A DNA stretch of 64,000 nt from assembly GCA_048941265.1 (NCBI GenBank), contig JBHLNT010000005.1, forward strand, positions 1 to 64,000. The letters are read 5' to 3'. Source of the stretch: Promethearchaeota archaeon. GTDB lineage: Archaea; Asgardarchaeota; Lokiarchaeia; Sigyniarchaeales; SOKP01. The notes beneath the pieces are model-generated. The model saw only the letters and a program-made list of their open reading frames with translations, made no database searches and was not told the DNA's origin. This document shows positions 57,759 to 64,000 of this stretch, piece after piece. Position 1 is the stretch's first letter. Each line of letters starts with the position of its first letter. The position numbers and the translations under genes were made by a program.

Positions 57759-58453
57759 TTAATCACATTATTTGTGCTCGCTTGTTGATCTATTCGAAAA
57801 TTAATATATAAAATTTTTTCTTCAACTTTTTTTATTTTTTCTAAGGGCGACAAAATAATATTTTCCAACATTGCAGGAAAGACTTGTACCAAGGAATTCA
57901 AGAAATTAATTAAAAGAGAATTGCCATGAATATTTAGCGCGATGATAAAAAAATATTTATTTAGATGTCCTAACTCGCTGAATTTTCTAATTGGAGGCAA
58001 ATCATACATATGTGCTAAAAAAGGAAACTCATGTACTGATATTGAATTAGAAACACAGACCATTTCTTTGAATTCCATTAACTTTAACCATAATATAAAC
58101 GAATGAGGATTATTGAACCTTCTAATACAAATTCCTGGAGTAGATTTAACCCACTGATCTATTTGTGAGAGTTTGTTTTGATTAGCTTTTTCCAGAGCTT
58201 TTTGTAACAAGAGAGCTTGAGACCTCTCATCAGAACTTAAATATCTTAAATTGATACCCTCGAATTTAATTAACACATTTTCATTTTGAAAATATAAATA
58301 CAAATTGTTGTTTTTCCTTATCGCATAGGAAAGACAAAATGCTTCTCTTATGCAGCAACAGATTTGATAGATATCAAGAGGGGTATTTCCTTCATCAATG
58401 TTCTTTTTGCTGTAATCGATAATTTTTTCAATAAATAATATGAAATTGACCAA
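57755..58453 (-). CDS. TrmY-like SPOUT-fold protein (divergent)
   Basis: CIREAFCLSYAIRKN, LRYLSSDERS..LL.KAL, STPGI. Confidence 0.55.
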   Translation of the reverse strand: MVNFILFIEKIIDYSKKNIDEGNTPLDIYQICCCIREAFCLSYAIRKNNNLYLYFQNENVLIKFEGINLRYLSSDERSQALLLQKALEKANQNKLSQIDQWVKSTPGICIRRFNNPHSFILWLKLMEFKEMVCVSNSISVHEFPFLAHMYDLPPIRKFSELGHLNKYFFIIALNIHGNSLLINFLNSLVQVFPAMLENIILSPLEKIKKVEEKILYINFRIDQQASTNNVIK

Positions 58454-58480
58454 AATTATAAATCAACACATTATTAAAAG

Positions 58481-59863
58481 TTAAAATTTAAAGTCTTTTG
58501 CCATTTTCTTCATAAATTGCTCTGCGCCTTTCCCCATACCCGGCATCCCGGGCATACCCCCCTTTCCAGCTTTTTGCCTCATTTGCATAAACCTTTTCAT
58601 CATTTTTTTCATTTGGTTATACTGGTCGAGCATTTTATTGATTATAGAGTATTCTGTTCCAGAACCTATGGCAATCCTTCTTTTTCTGGTCTTTTTGATA
58701 ATTTTTGGATTTTCCTTCTCTTCGGCAGTCATGGAATCCAGAACAACTCTCCATTTTTCAATGTTTTTTTCAGCATCTTCTTTTAAAGCATCTGGAATGT
58801 TTCCACCACCCATCATAGCAACGATTTGCTTAAACTTACCCACCTTTTTTATACTTTTAAGTTGCTGATATAGATCCTCGAGTGTAAATTTACCACGCAT
58901 TAATCTCTTAACCATTTCTGGATCAGGCATGGCTTCTGCTTCTTGTACGCGTTGAATTAAACCTTCTAAATCAGGAATACCTAGAATAGTGCCTATAAAA
59001 GTAGTTGGTTCAAATTCTTGGAATTCATCTATTTTCTCACCAACACCTATAAATCTGATACCAACGTTCGCGGCAACACAGGCCGATAGAGCACCGCCCC
59101 CCTTAGCAGTTCCATCTAATTTTGTTACGATAATTGAACCAAGATTTGTTGTTTTCGCAAATGCTTCAGCTTGATTATATGCTTGTTGTCCTAATGTACC
59201 GTCAATTACTAAAATAACTTCATTCGGTTTTAATTTTTCCTCTAAAACTGCCATTTCTTTCATCAATTCTTTTTCTTCTTTATGTCTTCCTGCAGTGTCT
59301 ACGATAATCAGCTCGTTTCCTTCATTCATTGCTTTTTTAGTTTCTTGAACTCCAATTTTAATCGCATTTTTCTCTTTAGGATTTCCATAACATGTAACTC
59401 CAATTTGGTTTGTTAATTGAACAAGTTGTTCATACGCCCCTGGACGATATGTATCTGTTGTTACTGCAGCCACTTTATATCCTTTACTTTTATAAAAATG
59501 AGCTAATTTCCCAATTGTAGTAGTTTTGCCCGATCCTTGAATTCCAACAAGAAGTATCACATTTTTTTTACCTGGTTTAATTCTAATGGGAGCTTTCTTC
59601 CCACCTAATGTTTTTATTAGCTCATCATGAACAAGCTTAATTATAAAATCTTTTCTCTTAACTTTTTGGAGAGTAGTATTCATTGCTTCTTTTTTAATAT
59701 TCTCGGTCATTTCGAATACTAATTCTACTTTCACATCCGAACTCAATAATGCCCTTTGCAAATCTTGTATTAACGCATTGATCGCATCTTTATCAATTTG
59801 AGGGAGTCGTCTAATTTTCCTTATCGCGGAATCCAAGCTTCTGCCAAGTTTCTCTAATACCAT
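58481..59863 (-). CDS. srp54: Signal recognition particle protein SRP54
   Basis: Start at ATG 59863 (MVLEKLG); [30 protein letters not shown], Met-rich M domain. Confidence 0.96.
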   Translation of the reverse strand: MVLEKLGRSLDSAIRKIRRLPQIDKDAINALIQDLQRALLSSDVKVELVFEMTENIKKEAMNTTLQKVKRKDFIIKLVHDELIKTLGGKKAPIRIKPGKKNVILLVGIQGSGKTTTIGKLAHFYKSKGYKVAAVTTDTYRPGAYEQLVQLTNQIGVTCYGNPKEKNAIKIGVQETKKAMNEGNELIIVDTAGRHKEEKELMKEMAVLEEKLKPNEVILVIDGTLGQQAYNQAEAFAKTTNLGSIIVTKLDGTAKGGGALSACVAANVGIRFIGVGEKIDEFQEFEPTTFIGTILGIPDLEGLIQRVQEAEAMPDPEMVKRLMRGKFTLEDLYQQLKSIKKVGKFKQIVAMMGGGNIPDALKEDAEKNIEKWRVVLDSMTAEEKENPKIIKKTRKRRIAIGSGTEYSIINKMLDQYNQMKKMMKRFMQMRQKAGKGGMPGMPGMGKGAEQFMKKMAKDFKF

Positions 59864-60058
59864 GGCTAAAAAAATCTTAATTTTTTTTTCTATATAATAA
59901 TCTTCAAAAAATGATATCTTTTTAATAAGATATTTTTTTACTTTTGTAAAGAAGTAAAAAAAATAAATATCAAAGAATTTTAATATATAAAAAAATAGAA
60001 ATATCAAAATTAAAAATATTTGTAAATCATTTCATAAAAGTAAATGGTGTATGTAGAA

Positions 60059-60487
60059 TTGTCAATTAGAAGGACAGAGATTCAAAAATTGAAAAGTGGC
60101 CAGTATATTTTGGTTGATGAAGAACCGTGCGTTATTAAAAGTACTGAGCGTTCTAAAAGTGGAAAGCACGGTCACGCAAAGGTAAGAGTGGTATGCATCG
60201 GGATGTTTGACGGGAATAAACGCTCACTTACTATACCGAGCGGCCACATGGTTGAGGTCCCCGAGATCCTTAAGGGTAATGCTCAAATAAATTTTATTGA
60301 AGATATTTCGATTAATATTATGGATTTAGAGACTTTTGAGTCTGTAGACGTTATTTGGCCAACAGATGAGGAATTAGTGGGAAAACTCAAAGAATTACAA
60401 GCGGATCCAAAGAGAATGGCAGCTGCGCAGGTGGAATACTGGCAGCTCGCTGGTAAAACTCTTATCAACCGTGTCTTTCAAAATTAA
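60059..60487 (+). CDS. eif5a: Translation factor aIF5A
   Basis: SKSGKHGHAK hypusination motif; TTG at 60059 is the likely start. Confidence 0.95.
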   Translation: MSIRRTEIQKLKSGQYILVDEEPCVIKSTERSKSGKHGHAKVRVVCIGMFDGNKRSLTIPSGHMVEVPEILKGNAQINFIEDISINIMDLETFESVDVIWPTDEELVGKLKELQADPKRMAAAQVEYWQLAGKTLINRVFQN

Positions 60488-60575
60488 TATATAAAACATT
60501 TATCAAATTTATTTATTTATTAATTTTTTTAAGGAGAATTTCAAATCTTAATTTAAGAGATTTAATTAAGTAATT

Positions 60576-61493
60576 TTGAGTGGTATGGAAAAAAAATCTA
60601 TTGCATTAGCTTGTCGGATGGATTCAGAGAGAGCAATAAAATTGTCTAAGAGGATTTTTGAATTTTTAGTAAAGAAAGGAGAGGTTGTCTATTTAGAAAC
60701 TCGAATTGCTCCAAAAATATTTCCTCATAATGGAATAGATCTAAATAGCATGACGTCTAAAAATACCAAATTCCTTATTTCTGTAGGAGGGGATGGCACA
60801 CTTCTCCGGGTTGCCAATGGTGTTTCACAGGTTGATCCACCTCCTATTTTTGGGGTAAATATTGGCTCAATTGGATTTCTGGATGAATCTGACGATAAGC
60901 GAGTATATAAAGATTTAAATAGAGTGTTAAAAGGAGAATATATTATAGAGACATGTTCTAAGTTAACTCCTTATATTGTAAGAAATTCTGAAGAAATTAA
61001 GCTCAATAATGCACTAAATGAAATTTTAATTATTTCCTCAAAAAGTTCCAAAGTATTACAAATTTCAATCAAGGTAAATGGAATTTTTTTAAATCGGAGT
61101 TATTTAGATGGAGTAATTATCTCTACATCAACAGGCTCAACAGCTTATAATCTAAGTGCCGGAGGGTCGATAGTAAGCCCTAATTTAGAGATTATGCAGT
61201 TAACACCTCTAAACAGTTTTGCTCGTTCTGGTTTAAGACCTATAGTTCTCCCGATTGAATCGGAAATAGAAATTACTCCCTTAAGACCCCGGTTAAATGC
61301 TAGAATCATTATAGATGGACAACAAACTATTAAAAAAATTCAACCAAATACAAGAATTAGAATTCGAAAAGCCAATTCTCAAATACAATTCATTCGCTTA
61401 ACAGATAATATCTATCAAAATTATTTCAGGCGGTTAAGAAAGAAGATTATAGGAACAATAAGAACTCCATGGGATGATAGCCCTGAAGAATAA
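60576..61493 (+). CDS. nadK: NAD kinase
   Basis: GGDGT, GFL, LNE, DGVIISTSTGSTAYNLSAGG. Confidence 0.94.
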   Translation: MSGMEKKSIALACRMDSERAIKLSKRIFEFLVKKGEVVYLETRIAPKIFPHNGIDLNSMTSKNTKFLISVGGDGTLLRVANGVSQVDPPPIFGVNIGSIGFLDESDDKRVYKDLNRVLKGEYIIETCSKLTPYIVRNSEEIKLNNALNEILIISSKSSKVLQISIKVNGIFLNRSYLDGVIISTSTGSTAYNLSAGGSIVSPNLEIMQLTPLNSFARSGLRPIVLPIESEIEITPLRPRLNARIIIDGQQTIKKIQPNTRIRIRKANSQIQFIRLTDNIYQNYFRRLRKKIIGTIRTPWDDSPEE

Positions 61494-62031
61494 TCCAATC
61501 TTGATTTTTGATACCAATATCTTTTTGTTGGGTATAAACTTTAATGTGATTAATGGAAAGATTTATACTACGCCTAATGTAATTGAGGAGGTTAAACATA
61601 AGAGATATATAAATAAAAACCGAAATATTATAACCAGAATTCAAGCTGCAATTGAAAGTAAAAAGCTAGTGTTACAAACTCCTACAAACAAATTTAATCA
61701 AGAAATTGATTTAAATTCAAAAACTACAGGAGATTATAAATCTTTATCGTTTGTTGATAAAGAACTGATTGCTTTGGCTTTAGAATTGAAGTTGGCACTT
61801 AAAAAGGATGTAGTCCTCTACACTAATGATTATTCAATGCAAAATTTATGCTCAGAATTAAATATTACTTTTTTACCCTTAATTAGAGATGGAATTAAAT
61901 CCAGAATAATCTGGGAGGTCTATTGTCCTTTCTGTAATGAAATAAAAACAGTTGAAGAATATGGTAAAGATTGCGAAATATGTGGTACACAGCTTAAAAG
62001 GAAAAAAAAGAGTGAGATAAAGTTCAATTAA
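61474..62031 (+). CDS. nob1: Nob1 family PIN endonuclease with zinc ribbon
   Basis: FDTN, LSFVDKELIALA, TNDYSMQN, CPFC...CEICG. Confidence 0.9.
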   Translation: MIALKNNPILIFDTNIFLLGINFNVINGKIYTTPNVIEEVKHKRYINKNRNIITRIQAAIESKKLVLQTPTNKFNQEIDLNSKTTGDYKSLSFVDKELIALALELKLALKKDVVLYTNDYSMQNLCSELNITFLPLIRDGIKSRIIWEVYCPFCNEIKTVEEYGKDCEICGTQLKRKKKSEIKFN

Positions 62032-62139
62032 ACATAGTTTTTTAAATAATTAAAGAATGAAGGATGAATATAGTGGAAAATATATATTAATTTTTCCAAC
62101 CATTAATTAATAGAATAATAATTAAGATCCAAGATAATT

Positions 62140-63195
62140 ATGGGAGTAAAGATAAACAAGCTAGTCAAGGAAGTTAGCAGAACGATTACTTTTGAGAATC
62201 TTTTAGGAAAACCTATAGCGATAGATACATTTAATACAATTTATCAATTTTTGGCAATCATACGTCAGAGAGATGGAACACCTCTCAAGGATTATGATGG
62301 AAATATAACCTCTCATCTTTCAGGATTATTTTATAGGACTATAAATTTTTTTGAACATCGTATTAGACCAATCTACGTGTTTGATGGGACTCCATCAGAA
62401 CTTAAATTAGATACTATTAAAGAGAGAAAAAAAATTAAAGAAGAAGCTAAAGAAAAGATGATTAAGGCTCAGGAAGCCGAGGATTTCAGAGAAGCAAGAA
62501 AATTTGCACAACAAACATCCAAATTATCTACAGATATGATAGAAGAGAGCAAAAAATTAATTGAATATATGGGTCTCCCCGTTATTGAAGCCAGCTCTGA
62601 AGGTGAAGCTCAATCAGCGTATTTAGTAGAAAAAGGTGATGCTTGGGCATGTGCATCTCAGGATTATGATACCCTCCTATTTGGTGGAGAACGATTAGTG
62701 AGAAATTTTGCAGTAAGCAGAAGTAAAAAAGTTAAAGATACCACAGTTACTCTCGATATTGAATATGTTTCACTCTCAAAATTATTAGAGAATTTAGAAA
62801 TTTCACGAGAACAATTAATTGAAATGGGAATATTAATTGGGACTGATTTTTTTGAAGGGATCCCAGGAATAGGGCAACATAAGGCTTTAGATCTAATTAA
62901 GAAGTATGGATCTATCCAAAATATAGTGGATAAACGAATAACAGTTGGAAAAACAGAAATTAAAATCGCTCCAGAAATAATTGAGCAAGTAAAAACTATT
63001 TTCTTAAAACCAGAAATTAGAAAAAATTATCCCAAATTAAAGTGGAAAAAAATAGAGTTCGAAAAAATAGAAGATTTATTGATAGAACAGCATAATTTTT
63101 CAAAGCAAAGGGTTGAAAATGCTCTTGACCGTCTAAGAAAATTAGATTCTTCAAAGACTCAAATCTCCCTTGATAGCTTTCTTAAAAAAAATTAG
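62140..63195 (+). CDS. fen: Flap endonuclease 1
   Basis: MGV, YQFLAIIRQRDG, EGEAQ, SQDYD, GTDF, C-terminal PIP box QISLDSF. Confidence 0.96.
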   Translation: MGVKINKLVKEVSRTITFENLLGKPIAIDTFNTIYQFLAIIRQRDGTPLKDYDGNITSHLSGLFYRTINFFEHRIRPIYVFDGTPSELKLDTIKERKKIKEEAKEKMIKAQEAEDFREARKFAQQTSKLSTDMIEESKKLIEYMGLPVIEASSEGEAQSAYLVEKGDAWACASQDYDTLLFGGERLVRNFAVSRSKKVKDTTVTLDIEYVSLSKLLENLEISREQLIEMGILIGTDFFEGIPGIGQHKALDLIKKYGSIQNIVDKRITVGKTEIKIAPEIIEQVKTIFLKPEIRKNYPKLKWKKIEFEKIEDLLIEQHNFSKQRVENALDRLRKLDSSKTQISLDSFLKKN

Positions 63196-63286
63196 AAGGT
63201 AATTTATAAATTGAAACACAAAAGTTTTTACTAGTTAATTACATTAAATTAATTAAAGAAGTGATTCACCAAAAGAATGATGTAAT

Positions 63287-64000
63287 ATGGCAGAAGGAGA
63301 GACAAATAACATAGATGATAAGGAAAAAAGATTTACGCTCCGAGTCCAAAAAGCGAAGAAAAGGGATATTGGCAGGAATATTATAAGAATCGACCCCAAA
63401 ACGATGGAAGATTTAAATATTCAAACGGGAGATGTAATTGGATTATTTGGTAAAAAAGAAAGTGCGGGGATTGCATGGCCAAGCTATCCTCAAGATAATG
63501 GATTAGGTATTGTACGAATAGATTCGAGATTGAGGAAAAATACAGGTACTTCCATCGACGATACTCTTGAAATCTTTAAGGTTAATGCTAAAGTCGTTCA
63601 AAACATAGTTTTAGCACCCTCAAGTGTGAAAATTAGAACGAATCCTCGATTTGAATCCTTTGTAAAAAGAAAACTAAATAATTATCCGGTTACCATTGAT
63701 GACCTTATTTTAATTTCAATAGGCATAAGTAGAGAAATCACTTTCAAAGTTATAAGTCTTCGACCTAAGGGGATCTGTGTTATAAAGCAAGAATCTGCTT
63801 TACATATAAGTGAGCAGGTTACCGAAGATGAAGAAAAGGGGGCCGGGTATATAACTTATGAGGATGTGGGTGGTTTGGACAGAGAAATACAAAGAGTAAG
63901 AGAAATGGTTGAATTACCACTACGTCATCCTTCAATATTTAAACGGTTAGGTATAGATCCTCCGAAGGGAGTATTATTAAGAGGTCCTCCCGGCTGTGGT
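63287..64000 (+). CDS. cdc48: Cdc48/VCP family AAA ATPase, N-terminal part (runs off the window edge)
   Basis: Not in the ORF track. Manual translation from ATG 63287: ...[11 protein letters not shown]...[50 protein letters not shown]. Confidence 0.94.
   Translation, partial: MAEGETNNIDDKEKRFTLRVQKAKKRDIGRNIIRIDPKTMEDLNIQTGDVIGLFGKKESAGIAWPSYPQDNGLGIVRIDSRLRKNTGTSIDDTLEIFKVNAKVVQNIVLAPSSVKIRTNPRFESFVKRKLNNYPVTIDDLILISIGISREITFKVISLRPKGICVIKQESALHISEQVTEDEEKGAGYITYEDVGGLDREIQRVREMVELPLRHPSIFKRLGIDPPKGVLLRGPPGCG

Noticed and set aside
59864-60007. N-terminal extension of SRP54 in the ORF track
   Set aside because: Low-complexity translation of the AT-rich intergenic region; the conserved start is MVLEKLG at 59863.
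19706-61644. Numerous short antisense or overlapping ORFs (e.g. 20035-20298, 24665-25099, 29828-30139, 45257-45643, 58517-58786)
   Set aside because: They lie opposite or within well-supported genes and have no recognisable motifs.

Overview
AT-rich archaeal chromosome segment, very probably from an Asgard archaeon of the Lokiarchaeia type. It carries a lokiactin-like actin (partial, left edge), two Rab-like GTPases with C-terminal zinc ribbons, roadblock, longin and LRR proteins, and archaeal housekeeping genes (PAN, Rpo6, Hef, TldD/E, PurB/PurM, NadC, DinB, PyrC, SRP54, aIF5A, NAD kinase, Nob1, FEN1, partial Cdc48). Top finding: an alpha/beta-hydrolase gene (44531-45196, minus) is interrupted by a 30-nt, stop-containing insert that folds into a bulge-helix-bulge (BHB) motif. 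Cutting at the canonical BHB positions exactly restores the conserved HPHPQ-FGGNM motif, making this a candidate tRNA-type intron in an mRNA. The window's tRNA-Val(CAC) also has a BHB intron at a non-canonical position (44/45). Other notable items are a ~5.6-kb surface-protein/7TM-longin/regulator cassette bounded by nested direct repeats, a WH2/beta-thymosin-like motif in a small wHTH protein, and an ABC importer whose two ATPases have complementary degenerate motifs, next to a PiT/DUF47 cluster. All calls come from motif recognition by eye; no database searches were run.
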